A DNA stretch of 64,000 nt from assembly GCA_963749655.1 (NCBI GenBank), contig CAVVOB010000013.1, forward strand, positions 160,001 to 224,000, read 5' to 3'. This stretch comes from Nitrospirota bacterium. Its GTDB lineage: Bacteria > Nitrospirota > UBA9217. Every line of letters begins with the position of its first letter. Within the stretch, counting starts at the first letter, position 1. The notes beneath the pieces are model-generated. The model had not been told where the DNA came from. It did not search any database and worked only from the letters and a program-made list of their open reading frames with translations. Both the position numbers and the translations under genes were made by a program. This document shows positions 19,011-29,070 of the stretch, piece by piece.

Positions 19011-22000
19011 TCAGTTTTCACGGGTGTTGTACTGCAGCCGGTATTCCGTATGGTCCACGTCGGACGGATAATTTTCGACTGCCGGGTCATAGGGGTAATT
19101 GGTCATCGCCTTGAACGGGAGCGGCTCGACGGTATGGGGAATATCCACATTTCCTGTTGCCTTGTAATAGCCGTTGGCATAGACCATGTATCTCCTCGCT
19201 TTTTCGACCGGCGGCTGGCTGTCTGCGCTGAAGCTCATTCTGAGCTCCTCGCCGCCGGCAAAAATGACGAACTTGTCGTCAGTCTGCGTCAACAAGGGAG
19301 TTACATCTCCATACTTCGTATAATTGCCGCTGAAATATGACGTGTCCCGGATCACCAGATTGCCGTAGAGGTAGTCGAAAATTTCACCGTCTGTTTTTTG
19401 GCTGAATCCGTAATAACCGAGGGTCGCCGACACCAGCGGCAGTTCCGTGACCGTTACAGCCTCGTCAAGAGTCGTGTCAAAGAATATGGCGTCAACGTAG
19501 ACCTTGTAAAGGAAGCTCAGCCTGAACTTGTATGCCGGCGTGGTAAAGATGTTCGTTATGTCCACAATATATGCATTGCTTCTTTCTTTTGGCGAGAAGA
19601 TCTCCTTCACGGTATAAGGCACCAGCGTCCAGTTCCCGTTCGCGTCAAGGACTTCCAGTCTGGTGAGTTTGCCATTGGGCGCAAGCTGGGTTTTCCGCGC
19701 CATGCCGGCGGACGTTGTGGGAACGACCATCTCGGCGTCGATGATCAGCTTGATCTGCGGCGCTGATGACTGGTCGCCCAGATCGAATTCCAGGGTGTGC
19801 CAGTTGAAATCGATGTTCCTGTCGGTATTCAGGATGAGGTAGTCCTCGTCGGAATCGGCAAGCTGCGCCGAGACATCTTCGCCCGTATTCACATGGGTAA
19901 TGGACAGGGGTCTTTTGAGGGTCTTGTCCACCGTGTGGATCATCTGCGCCGGCTCGGCGTATGTCCCTGCGGTCCTTAATTCCTGATAAATATCCCTGTC
20001 CAGGGGATAATCCACGGCATAGAGTTTCAAGGTGTCGAAGTAGTCGGTCTCGTCCCGCTCTTCCACGATCCTGAGGTTGTAATAGCCGTCCAGTAACTGC
20101 GGTGTGTTCCCGATCAGGTGGTATTCATAGGGATTTGGTTTTCTCCATCCCGCGGCCGTCTTCGTTCCCAGGAATCCGGTCGGGAACGTGTCTGTTTCAA
20201 ACGCAAATGCGGCGCCGTCCCAGGAGTATAACGTCGGGCAGGTGCTGCAGCCATACAGGCAGCACGGATCACCATAGCATCCGTCGTTCACGGTGAACGA
20301 CCAGGATGCGGACCACGGTCCGGTTTCCAGCGTCGCGCTGTTCCGGGCCTGTACACGCCAGTAGTATGCAGCAGGGCCCGGGGACGGGTACCAGTAGAGG
20401 TTTGTCATCCATCCGGAAGATACCACCCCGGAGCTGAATGTCGCATCCGTGCCGTATTGGGCAAGATACTCTACAAATGCTCCCGGTACAGTGCTCCATT
20501 GCAGAACAGAGTCACTGAGCACGGCAGAGCCGTTCACAGGATTCAGCAAGGTAACCGGTGAAGGAACGACGCCGTCCGTCGCCGTGAACGTGTCCGAGGC
20601 AGACCAGGCGGAGGCAGCGTCCTGGGCCCCGGTATGGTTTCCATCCCGTGCTTTGACTCTCCAGTACCATATGGCATTGTTCCCGACCGTGAGAGTATGG
20701 CTCGTTCCTGATATCCAGCCGGAGTTGTAGTTCGGGCTGGAGAAGTCGGATGCGTCGTCAACTTCAACGTAATATTGTACCGGCCCTCCGTCCGAATCTG
20801 TTGCGGCGCTCCACTGGAGGGTAACAGAGCATGATCCGGCACATATCGTGGTCGGCTCGTCAATAAGTACTGGAACGGCCGGCGGAAGCGAGATATAAAA
20901 TGTGTAATTTCCCGATGTGGTTTCATTCCCGGCGCCGCTTTTTGAACGCACCCGGTAATTGTATGTGGAGTGGTTAACCAGGTTTTGGAGCGCAACGCTG
21001 TGGTTAAGGACAAGTGTGCTGTTTCCCGCTGTCGAACCGTAGCTTGAAGTCAGTCCATAATCGACAGAGGAAGTGCTGTAGCTTTTGTTCGTCTGCCAGG
21101 TGATCGTCGCCTGCACGTTGCTTCCGACCGCAGTGAATGAACCCGCTGTAGGGCCGGAGCTTATGGCCGGGATTTCCTGGGCCCATTGTGTAACCGTATT
21201 CCAGCTCTGGTCAGCGGCCTGGTTTTCATGACAGGATACGGCAATGAGGTAGCCGCTGTAATTAGGATCATATCCTTCACCGCCTCCATGACTGCCGGGG
21301 AAGGCCCCCTTGCCTCCGCCATATTCTGCGCCACCGGAGCCTACCATTGAATCGTCAGCATACCAGTTGGGGCCTGAACTCCCGGAGAGCACGGGATTTA
21401 AATTGAAATCAGAGCGGCCCTTGTGTTTATTATCGAAGCAATTGGTGACCATTAAACGCGGTAACCGGGCGTTGTGGGGCGTATGGCATTTCGAGCAGGA
21501 ATAATTGTGCTTGATCGTGCCATTTGCCGTTTTCCATCCCTTGACCGCTTCGTGTATTCTGTCCTTGCTCTTCCAGGTGTGGTTGGTGGCGTTTGTCAGA
21601 TCTTCCCTAAGATGGCATCTGAGGCAGAGCCCGGCAAACTGGCTGTCTGTCTGCGTCACCATGGATATCGCACCCTGACTGATATCAGAAGCGGCCGTGT
21701 TCTGGTCAATATGATAAGCATTGCCGGCATTCACATCGGTAATCGTGCCCGTTTGATCCAGGGAAGGGGCCGCGTCTTCCCTGTACGGGGAGGTTAACCA
21801 CGTGCCTTTCAGAATGGGCACTGCGTAAGCCTTGTCCTCAGCGGCAATGATGTTTGTGTTTGTCGTCACTCCATGAGGATCATGACAGGGAGTACAGAGA
21901 CCTCGGACCGTACCGGCGGGCGTACTCGCCAGGCTCGCCGATGCGCCGAAGTGTCCCCCCTTATTTCCAATGATGGCCTTATAAGGGAACCTTTGTTGTG

Positions 22001-24833
22001 AGCCGAACGTGCCCGTACCGAAAGACTCCGTATCCCAGTATCCCATGATCTTTTGACTGGCTCCGAAGGTGTCGGCGTATCCCCACGGCGTTGATCCTGC
22101 ATTTGCGTTCAGGTGGCAATCAAAGCAGAGGCCCGCCCCCGGATTATAGGAATTCTTTTCTGCTGATGATCCGCCTGCCGACGGTTTGTAGACAGTCGTA
22201 CTCTTCAGTATCCCGCCGTTGGGCGTTTCGCTTGTATAGCTTGATGTTGTACCCTCCACCGTCGAACCATGCGAATTATGACAATCAAAACATGCGACGA
22301 TTTTAGCATTGACGCCGCCCCGTGTCGGATTTAATTCATAATCAACGCCCGAGCTCCATTTGCCGGCGGTTTTCCACGTGCCGTTCACCACGGTCCAGGT
22401 TCCGCCGGCAGCCTGACAGGCGGGTTGCGTGGTGTTGGCGTCCGTGTAATATTCCGTCCAGCAATAAGCCGGGTCGAATTCGTCGCATACCTCCACGGGG
22501 AGGGTACAGTAGCTCGGCCCTGTACATCTATTCTCAGCAATGCCGGTGCATGCTGTTCCGGTCCATGTGCCGCCGAATTGTCCGCATGTCCCTGCTGTGA
22601 AGTCTGCGCAGAAATTTTGTTCGCATGCGCCCTGAGCGATGTTTATACAGGCACCATCCCAGGCGCCGCCGAATTCCGTACAGATCGTTTGTGTAATATT
22701 CGCGCCAAAACATTCATTGGGTGCGTCCGGCCACCCGCCGCCATAATTATTCTGCGCATTGCCGTGAGCTGAATATGCCTTGGTGATGTTCTTCTTGGCC
22801 GCTTTGGCCGTCGTTGTATATTTTCCCCAGCTCGTTGTTCCTGTCTGCAGATACTTTGAACCGATACTGGTTCCGTCCCATGCATACTGTTTCGGGGTTT
22901 TCCCGTCTCCAAAGGGCTGTGTGGCGTTGTTCTGGTCGCTGTGGCAGCCGAGGCAGTGGCTGTTGATCTTCTCAATTTCTGTCCTCGACCCGCTGGCCGT
23001 ATACTGCACCGCTGTCGATCCTTCGGTATATGTTGCCGGTCTTGCGCCGTTTCCGAATATGACGAGGTCAACCGGTGATCCCGACGCAGCGGATCCTCCA
23101 TGAAAGGCGGAATTGATGCTGCCGTCGCTGTTCGCCTCCCAGTGGCACTGGTAACAATGGACGCCGGAAACCGACGCCCCCTGCACGTGGTGGGAATTCC
23201 CGCTGAACTGGGGCTCAATGGCTGGGCGGCTGCCCTGGGCGACGGCATGGCAGCTCAGGCAGGCCGACGCGCCCCACTGCGTTCCGGTGTCCCCATGGCA
23301 GGAGACCGTGCTGCACGTCCCATTTGGCTTTGCGAAGGAGTAGGTGAAGTTCCTGCCCGGTCCGGGCTGAAGATCGTATACATTGTTCACGTGGAGGGCC
23401 GGATCGGTCACTCCCATGCCGTTCGTCGTCGTGGCGTAATGGCAATTATCGCAGGAATAGTTGTGCTTTCCATGGGAGTTCGGTTTGGGAGAACCGCTCG
23501 CATAGTTCGGCGGATATCCGTGGCAGGAATCGCACGATGCAGCGCCGGTGCCCCAGTTCGGTGAGGCGATGGACGGCACGACACCGGTGGCAACCGCTGT
23601 TCCGTCGCTGTGGCAGTATACGGCGATGCAGGTCATGGTCCCGTTCCGCGTCACGGACGTGCCGGCGTTGCCTGCCGTGTAGGAGAAGCCGTTGGCAAGG
23701 GCGCTTCTGCCGTCGTAGCTCCCGCTCTGATAGGCGCTTTTCGCGATCGTGAACCCGATCTGGATCGTCTTGTCATAAATGACCGCGGCCGGCATGCCGT
23801 TCGTATGGCAAGTAGAACAGGAATAGTTGAGCGTTACCGCATGCTTTCCATGGGCGCCCGGTGTCGATGAGCCTGTTCCGCCGTCATTGTTCACGAGGCC
23901 GTTCGTTATACTGCCGTTGTTCGGGGAGGCCACGAGCGGGGGGACCCCATGACACTGTGCGCAGTTCGCCTTGAAGCCGTTGGAGTGCTGGTGGCAGCTC
24001 TCCGTGCAGTTCGTCCCTGCAGCGGCAGGGTGGCCCTGGTCAAGTTTGCTCCCGTCGGCGGTAAAGTATTTCGTCTGGGTGTGGCAGACCTGGCAGATGC
24101 CGTTAATGGCGGTATCCCCGTCGGCAAAGGAGTTCGTTCCCGTGGGAGCGAAGAAGAGCACGGACCTGGTGCCGTTCGCCGTAGTCACGGTATCATTGAT
24201 GAGTTTGCCGTACTTGAGGCCGTAGGAGGTCCCGACGCCTCCGGTGTAGCGGGTGGTCATCCCGGCCTGTTCGGCGCGGACCGTGATCGTGGTCGCGGTG
24301 TTGTCGGCAATCTCGTAGAAAATCGTCGGATAGCCGCTGTTCGGGACGAGGATATGGTTCTTCCACTGTCCCGGGGTCCAGGCCTTGGCGCTGTCCGTCA
24401 AGGTCAAGGATGTAGTGGCCGCCGTCGAGACGCCGCTTTCGATATACCCGCTTGCGAGATAGGCGCGCTGCTGTCGCTGATAGTGCGGGTTGTGGCAGGT
24501 CATACACTCGACAGTCCAGGTGCCGTTATCGTAGGTGCTTCCGGTGTTTGCGGCAGAATGGGTCTTGATGTTGTTGTACTTTTCGTCTATGACGATGGAG
24601 CCCGGGTTGTCGTGGCAGCTTCCGCACAACAGGTTGAGCCTGGTATTGTCTCCGCTCCAGGGGCCGAGCGACCAGTCAGGGGCGCTTGCACTGATGGGGA
24701 CATGGCACAGGGTGCATTCGACGCTTGTTGCAGCCGTATTGTGCGGCGCATCAACGGCAGAGGATTGCTGTACGAAGGGGGCAAGGCTGGTCAGGAGCAG
24801 CAGGGCCGCTAGTTTAGTAAATACGTTCTTCAT
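19011..24833 (-). CDS. Giant exported multiheme c-type cytochrome (CxxCH/CxxxxCH type) with FN3-like domains and a large non-heme C-terminal domain
   Basis: Signal peptide; 16 CxxCH, 1 Cx3CH and 2 Cx4CH motifs; FN3-like repeats (ITWQT...YNYRVRS, YWRVKA); CPTLYSWDG domain. Confidence 0.92.
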   Translation of the reverse strand: MKNVFTKLAALLLLTSLAPFVQQSSAVDAPHNTAATSVECTLCHVPISASAPDWSLGPWSGDNTRLNLLCGSCHDNPGSIVIDEKYNNIKTHSAANTGSTYDNGTWTVECMTCHNPHYQRQQRAYLASGYIESGVSTAATTSLTLTDSAKAWTPGQWKNHILVPNSGYPTIFYEIADNTATTITVRAEQAGMTTRYTGGVGTSYGLKYGKLINDTVTTANGTRSVLFFAPTGTNSFADGDTAINGICQVCHTQTKYFTADGSKLDQGHPAAAGTNCTESCHQHSNGFKANCAQCHGVPPLVASPNNGSITNGLVNNDGGTGSSTPGAHGKHAVTLNYSCSTCHTNGMPAAVIYDKTIQIGFTIAKSAYQSGSYDGRSALANGFSYTAGNAGTSVTRNGTMTCIAVYCHSDGTAVATGVVPSIASPNWGTGAASCDSCHGYPPNYASGSPKPNSHGKHNYSCDNCHYATTTNGMGVTDPALHVNNVYDLQPGPGRNFTYSFAKPNGTCSTVSCHGDTGTQWGASACLSCHAVAQGSRPAIEPQFSGNSHHVQGASVSGVHCYQCHWEANSDGSINSAFHGGSAASGSPVDLVIFGNGARPATYTEGSTAVQYTASGSRTEIEKINSHCLGCHSDQNNATQPFGDGKTPKQYAWDGTSIGSKYLQTGTTSWGKYTTTAKAAKKNITKAYSAHGNAQNNYGGGWPDAPNECFGANITQTICTEFGGAWDGACINIAQGACEQNFCADFTAGTCGQFGGTWTGTACTGIAENRCTGPSYCTLPVEVCDEFDPAYCWTEYYTDANTTQPACQAAGGTWTVVNGTWKTAGKWSSGVDYELNPTRGGVNAKIVACFDCHNSHGSTVEGTTSSYTSETPNGGILKSTTVYKPSAGGSSAEKNSYNPGAGLCFDCHLNANAGSTPWGYADTFGASQKIMGYWDTESFGTGTFGSQQRFPYKAIIGNKGGHFGASASLASTPAGTVRGLCTPCHDPHGVTTNTNIIAAEDKAYAVPILKGTWLTSPYREDAAPSLDQTGTITDVNAGNAYHIDQNTAASDISQGAISMVTQTDSQFAGLCLRCHLREDLTNATNHTWKSKDRIHEAVKGWKTANGTIKHNYSCSKCHTPHNARLPRLMVTNCFDNKHKGRSDFNLNPVLSGSSGPNWYADDSMVGSGGAEYGGGKGAFPGSHGGGEGYDPNYSGYLIAVSCHENQAADQSWNTVTQWAQEIPAISSGPTAGSFTAVGSNVQATITWQTNKSYSTSSVDYGLTSSYGSTAGNSTLVLNHSVALQNLVNHSTYNYRVRSKSGAGNETTSGNYTFYISLPPAVPVLIDEPTTICAGSCSVTLQWSAATDSDGGPVQYYVEVDDASDFSSPNYNSGWISGTSHTLTVGNNAIWYWRVKARDGNHTGAQDAASAWSASDTFTATDGVVPSPVTLLNPVNGSAVLSDSVLQWSTVPGAFVEYLAQYGTDATFSSGVVSSGWMTNLYWYPSPGPAAYYWRVQARNSATLETGPWSASWSFTVNDGCYGDPCCLYGCSTCPTLYSWDGAAFAFETDTFPTGFLGTKTAAGWRKPNPYEYHLIGNTPQLLDGYYNLRIVEERDETDYFDTLKLYAVDYPLDRDIYQELRTAGTYAEPAQMIHTVDKTLKRPLSITHVNTGEDVSAQLADSDEDYLILNTDRNIDFNWHTLEFDLGDQSSAPQIKLIIDAEMVVPTTSAGMARKTQLAPNGKLTRLEVLDANGNWTLVPYTVKEIFSPKERSNAYIVDITNIFTTPAYKFRLSFLYKVYVDAIFFDTTLDEAVTVTELPLVSATLGYYGFSQKTDGEIFDYLYGNLVIRDTSYFSGNYTKYGDVTPLLTQTDDKFVIFAGGEELRMSFSADSQPPVEKARRYMVYANGYYKATGNVDIPHTVEPLPFKAMTNYPYDPAVENYPSDVDHTEYRLQYNTREN

Positions 24834-24963
24834 GCATTACCCGATGTTGGTTCTGACGCATTGCTACCGGTCTGCTGTATGATGCAAGGCTTTTAGTTCG
24901 GCTGCCCGCTTGTTAAGTTTGTTTACCTATAAATCTGCTCATATAACCGATGGTAATACCTTG

Positions 24964-24979
24964 AGCAATAATCGCACCA
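24964..24979 (-). promoter_or_regulatory. sigma54 (-24/-12) promoter of the cytochrome gene
   Basis: Minus strand TGGTGCGATTATTGCT (GG-N10-GC); IHF-like TTTCAATATGTTG just upstream in an AT-rich gap. Confidence 0.6.
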
Positions 24980-25311
24980 AATATCCATAGCGCCATATTT
25001 CAATATGTTGTGGAAAAAGTGTTCCCCAAGTAGTGAGTATTTTTGCTCAAAAAATGGTGTTTTCACCGATTTTTTTGGTACTAATGAACTGAATAAATTT
25101 TGAACATTTGTTAATGTAACAATTCGTAATGTACTTTTCCTCCTGGAAAAATCAGCACCAAGAAGGGCCTCTGTAGTCTTTAAAGCATATGTCTGGTCAG
25201 GAGTTCAAGCATTCTCTATGTACTCTCCCCCATCCGTTCGCCGCCATACAAGACGCTTGCAGGACCGATTGTTCCTGTGTTATTGTACCATCACTCATCC
25301 GGGTTACGACC

Positions 25312-25698
25312 ATGCACGACTTCGATATGAAAGAAATGCTCATTGATTATATGGGTCGGGGATTCCTCGATAATATTATCGCGCTGTTCCGCCAGGACCC
25401 ATCAGTATACCGACACGTGGCAGACATGATAGGCCATGACAACATCAGGGTCCGGCTCGGCGCAACGGCCCTTGTGGAAGAGCTGGCAGGCGATCATCGA
25501 AAGGAGCTGAAAGATGCCGTTCCCGGGCTCGTTGCGCTCCTCGGGCATGAAAATCCAACCATACGGGGGGACGCTGTATCGGTGCTCGGCATGATCAGAG
25601 ATGAGAATTCCCTGGAAGCGGTGAAGGGGTGTCTGCTGGACGACCATCCCGGAGTACGGGAGGCGGCCCGGGAGGCGCTGGCTGAGTTCGGACAATAA
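25312..25698 (+). CDS. HEAT-repeat protein
   Basis: AVPGLVALLGHENPTIRGDAVSVLG and LLDDHPGVREAAREAL repeats. Confidence 0.8.
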   Translation: MHDFDMKEMLIDYMGRGFLDNIIALFRQDPSVYRHVADMIGHDNIRVRLGATALVEELAGDHRKELKDAVPGLVALLGHENPTIRGDAVSVLGMIRDENSLEAVKGCLLDDHPGVREAAREALAEFGQ

Positions 25699-25728
25699 AT
25701 ACAAAAGCGCACGCGGGAGAACCGCATG

Positions 25729-25932
25729 TCAATGGTTCCCGATGAAACCCCATTTCCTGAGGAAGTGCGCGATCAGAATGCCGGACAGGAAGAGGGTGCC
25801 GGTGATGCCGATGAGAGTGAAGAAAAGGTAAAGCATCCTTCGTGACAGCCGCGGTTCCGACGGTTTGATCGAGCGAAAGTAAACGAGGATGCTGAAACCC
25901 AGGCCGAGAATGAAACTGAAGGCTTCGATCAT
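25729..25932 (-). CDS. Small two-TM membrane protein
   Basis: MIEAFSFILGLG..., 67 aa, two hydrophobic stretches. Confidence 0.55.
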   Translation of the reverse strand: MIEAFSFILGLGFSILVYFRSIKPSEPRLSRRMLYLFFTLIGITGTLFLSGILIAHFLRKWGFIGNH

Positions 25933-26040
25933 GCGGAATAGTATCCTAACAGGAGCACAGGTGTCAACCTCGAAGAACATTTCGAATTGCGGCTTACGGA
26001 TTGTGGATTGAGAAATGCAAGTCGCGGACGCGTTTTTTAT

Positions 26041-26069
26041 TTGACAGCTTTTCTCCTCTCCATTAATAT
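26041..26069 (+). promoter_or_regulatory. sigma70-like promoter
   Basis: TTGACA-17 nt-TAATAT upstream of 26127. Confidence 0.45.
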
Positions 26070-26126
26070 TGAGCGTCCTGCGCCGGCCCAAGCGGCCATG
26101 CGCTCACGCCGTAAATCAGGTGCCCG

Positions 26127-26450
26127 ATGAAAGGCGACAAAGAACAGGACGATGAAGAAGGCTGGGAGTTCGGCGATGTCTGGAAACAGGGATCTGCTGA
26201 CGATGCCCCGGCAAGCGAAGTAGAGTATGTCGAGGTCCTGCGGGGCGACACCGGAAGAGGGTTCGATGACTCTCTTATGCTGGACCTCGTGAGCTATCTC
26301 GGTTCGCGCGGCATCCGCGCCACCTATGATTCTTTTTCCCTGGGCATGGAGCCGGCGGCGATCAAATCCTATGTGCTCCGCGTCGAGGCGGGGAACGAAC
26401 GCCTTGCGCTGGAATATCTGGCGGAAAAGTTCAAAGATCCGCGACTGTAG
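26127..26450 (+). CDS. Hypothetical protein
   Basis: 107-aa ORF with acidic N-terminus, co-oriented with the osmC-like gene. Confidence 0.6.
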   Translation: MKGDKEQDDEEGWEFGDVWKQGSADDAPASEVEYVEVLRGDTGRGFDDSLMLDLVSYLGSRGIRATYDSFSLGMEPAAIKSYVLRVEAGNERLALEYLAEKFKDPRL

Positions 26451-26523
26451 GCGACTCAACGCAGGTCGTCGCGGCTTCTGTTTCAGCCCGGCGTTTGTTT
26501 ATTTTTTATCTAAGGAGAACCGC

Positions 26524-26997
26524 ATGTCCGAAGAAAAGGAAATCAAGGAACTGGACGAAAATCTCGATGTCTACAAATCGAAAATATCGCAGGTAAACAA
26601 AGCGACCCTTACGTGGGACAAGGAACTTATATTCATCGGCCGCACGAACCGGGGGTACGAGGTGGAGTATGATGCCCAGCAGCAGTGGGGGTGCTCTCCC
26701 ACCGAGACCCTGCTCCTGAGCGTCGCGGGATGCATGGCCATCGACATGGTCTCGTTTCTCAAGAAGATGAAGTGCGAAATAAAAGCATACAAGATGGACA
26801 TCATGGGAGAGCGGAATCCCACTCCGCCCCAGTACTACACCTCGATGGAAATGATCATTTCCGTATCAGGAACGGGTCTTACGGCCAAGAAGCTCGAACG
26901 GGCGGTATCGCTGTCCCACGAAAAGTACTGTTCCGTCTACCACACGCTCCGGAAGGACATGAAAATGAAGGTGGACTATACGTTCGAGAACGTATAA
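26524..26997 (+). CDS. OsmC-family protein
   Basis: AAGGAG RBS; SPTETLLLSVAGC and SHEKYCSV conserved Cys motifs. Confidence 0.88.
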   Translation: MSEEKEIKELDENLDVYKSKISQVNKATLTWDKELIFIGRTNRGYEVEYDAQQQWGCSPTETLLLSVAGCMAIDMVSFLKKMKCEIKAYKMDIMGERNPTPPQYYTSMEMIISVSGTGLTAKKLERAVSLSHEKYCSVYHTLRKDMKMKVDYTFENV

Positions 26998-27078
26998 TTT
27001 TGGAATGCGGATTGCGGAATTAACGTTAAAGTGGAATCAGGCTGTACAGCTCATAATCCGAAATTCGAAATCCGAAAT
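26998..27078. repeat. Inverted tandem-unit element, 7-nt unit GGA(A/T)TGC / TCCGAAA
   Basis: TTTGGAATGCGGATTGCGGAATT ... AATCCGAAATTCGAAATCCGAAAT; related single arms at 11681-11705, 25981-26016 and 58725-58754. Confidence 0.7.
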
Positions 27079-27083
27079 CGAAA

Positions 27084-28232
27084 ATGACCACGGTTCGTCT
27101 CCTCAAGAACGGCAGCGAAACCTTCCCGGCCATGTTCACGGCGATTGATGCGGCATCGTCGAGCGTCGCACTCGAAATGTACATCGTCGCCGATGACGAG
27201 ACCGGACGGGAATTCCGCAGACATCTGGTCGATGCGGCCCGGCGCGGTGTGCATGTCAGGGTCCTCGTGGACTCCTGGGGCTCTTGGAACCTGCCGGATG
27301 CGTTCTGGGATGAACTTCGCGCTGCGGGCGCCCTGATTCGCTGGTTTCATCCACTCGCCAAAGGTCTCTTCCCCTTCCGGAACCACCGCAAACTGCTGCT
27401 GGTCGATAACCATTCCGCCTATGTCGGCGGCCTTAATATTTCCGATGAGTATTATCGAGGCGCCGGGGGTGGCCTGCCCTGGAGGGACAATGCCCTGGAG
27501 ATCAGAGGGCCGGAGGCCGCCGCGCTGCGCCGCTCTTTCCTGCGCATGTGGGCGAAGGCCGAGGCGCCGCTGCGCAAGCTGATCTTCGCCCGACGTCGCG
27601 ATCGGCTGAAGACGAGGCCGGAGTGCGGTCCCGTGCATTTTCTGGAAAGCGGACCGGAGAGTCCGGTCCGCTACGTGCGCCGGGCTTACCGGCAGATGGT
27701 CAAAAACGCCCATTCGACGATCGACCTCTCCATGGGCTATTTTTATCCCCACGGCAGTATGCTCAGGGCGCTCAAGCGGGCCGCGCAGCGGGGGGTGCGT
27801 ATCCGGCTCCTCATGCCGCAGCAGAGCGACATTCCTATCACCCGGTGGGCGGCCCGGGGCCTCTACGGCAGGCTCCTCCGGGCAGGCGTGGAGATCTGGG
27901 AATACACTCCCTCCATGATGCACTCCAAGTTGGCGATCGCCGATGATACGGTGATCGCCGGGTCGGCGAACCTCGACATACGGAGCGGCAGGTTCAATTA
28001 CGAACTGGTCGCTGTCGTGGAAGACCGGGAACTCGCAGCCCGTGCGCGCGCCGACTTCGAGGACGACATAAGGCAGTCCGTCAGGATCGGTATCGAGGAA
28101 TGGGACAATCGGTCGGCATTCCAGAAGCTCAAGGAGAGGTTCAGCTACTGTCTGCTTGCCCGGTTCGATATCTTCATATCCAGTCGGGAGATGCCGAAAC
28201 AGGCAAGGCTGCGGGACTCGGGGAAAGACTGA
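27084..28232 (+). CDS. Phospholipase D family cardiolipin synthase (ClsB-like)
   Basis: Two HKD motifs: HRKLLLVD and HSKLAIAD. Confidence 0.88.
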   Translation: MTTVRLLKNGSETFPAMFTAIDAASSSVALEMYIVADDETGREFRRHLVDAARRGVHVRVLVDSWGSWNLPDAFWDELRAAGALIRWFHPLAKGLFPFRNHRKLLLVDNHSAYVGGLNISDEYYRGAGGGLPWRDNALEIRGPEAAALRRSFLRMWAKAEAPLRKLIFARRRDRLKTRPECGPVHFLESGPESPVRYVRRAYRQMVKNAHSTIDLSMGYFYPHGSMLRALKRAAQRGVRIRLLMPQQSDIPITRWAARGLYGRLLRAGVEIWEYTPSMMHSKLAIADDTVIAGSANLDIRSGRFNYELVAVVEDRELAARARADFEDDIRQSVRIGIEEWDNRSAFQKLKERFSYCLLARFDIFISSREMPKQARLRDSGKD

Positions 28233-28275
28233 AGCATATCGCTTTTGCATGCTGTCAATATGATGGGAGGCCTTC

Positions 28276-28848
28276 ATGAACCTTAAGAGTAGCAGAACGG
28301 AAATGAACCTGCTTGCCGCGTTCGCCGGGGAATCGCAGGCGCGCAACCGGTATACTTTTTTCGGCAGCGCAGCAAAGAAGGAGGGATACGAGCAGATAGC
28401 GTCCATCTTCCTCGAGACTGCCGAGAATGAGAAGGAGCATGCCAAGCGGTTCTTCAGGTTCCTCGAGGGCGGCATGGTCGAGTTCACCGCGACCTTTCCC
28501 GCGGGCATTATTGGCACAACGGCGCAGAACCTCGCCGCCGCTGCCGCGGGAGAGCATGAAGAGTGGACGAAACTCTACCCCGGCTTCGGCGACATAGCCG
28601 CAGAGGAAGGATTTCCCGGCGTTGCTGCAGCATTCAGGTATATTGCGAAGGTGGAGGTGGAGCATGAGAAGCGGTTCCTGAAACTTCTCGAAAACATTGA
28701 GCGCGGGAGAGTTTTTGTCAGGGACGCTCCCTCGACCTGGATCTGCAGCAACTGCGGGTATCATCATGAAGGCCTCGAAGCCCCTGAAAAATGCCCCACC
28801 TGTCTGCATCCCAAGAGTTTTTTTGAACTTTGGATGGAAAATTATTGA
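28276..28848 (+). CDS. rbr: Rubrerythrin
   Basis: AFAGESQARNRY, EKEHA, EVEHE diiron ligands; C-terminal CSNC...CPTC. Confidence 0.95.
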   Translation: MNLKSSRTEMNLLAAFAGESQARNRYTFFGSAAKKEGYEQIASIFLETAENEKEHAKRFFRFLEGGMVEFTATFPAGIIGTTAQNLAAAAAGEHEEWTKLYPGFGDIAAEEGFPGVAAAFRYIAKVEVEHEKRFLKLLENIERGRVFVRDAPSTWICSNCGYHHEGLEAPEKCPTCLHPKSFFELWMENY

Positions 28849-28999
28849 CTCGCAACGGCAAAAGTCTCTCGACTCCTGCCGCGGAGAGGCTGCGATTTTT
28901 TTCAAATAAATTTCTGTCTGATCCGATCCACCTTTACAACATATCAAAGTAAAATTTGAGAATATTTAAACAGTAATATTTAGTTTAATCAAAAAAAAC

Positions 29000-29029
29000 T
29001 TGACAGGCCCGCCCGTCCTCTGGTACTCT
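29000..29029 (+). promoter_or_regulatory. sigma70-like promoter
   Basis: TTGACA-18 nt-TACTCT with a TG extended -10, upstream of 29071. Confidence 0.45.
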
Positions 29030-29070
29030 GCTTTCGGGGGCGCAAAAAAAAATATCGCGAGGGGGTCATC

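Noticed and set aside
24834-24960. Cyclic-dinucleotide riboswitch in the cytochrome leader
   Set aside because: The GEMM-type stems and tetraloop/receptor could not be matched by eye; an Infernal/Rfam scan would settle it.
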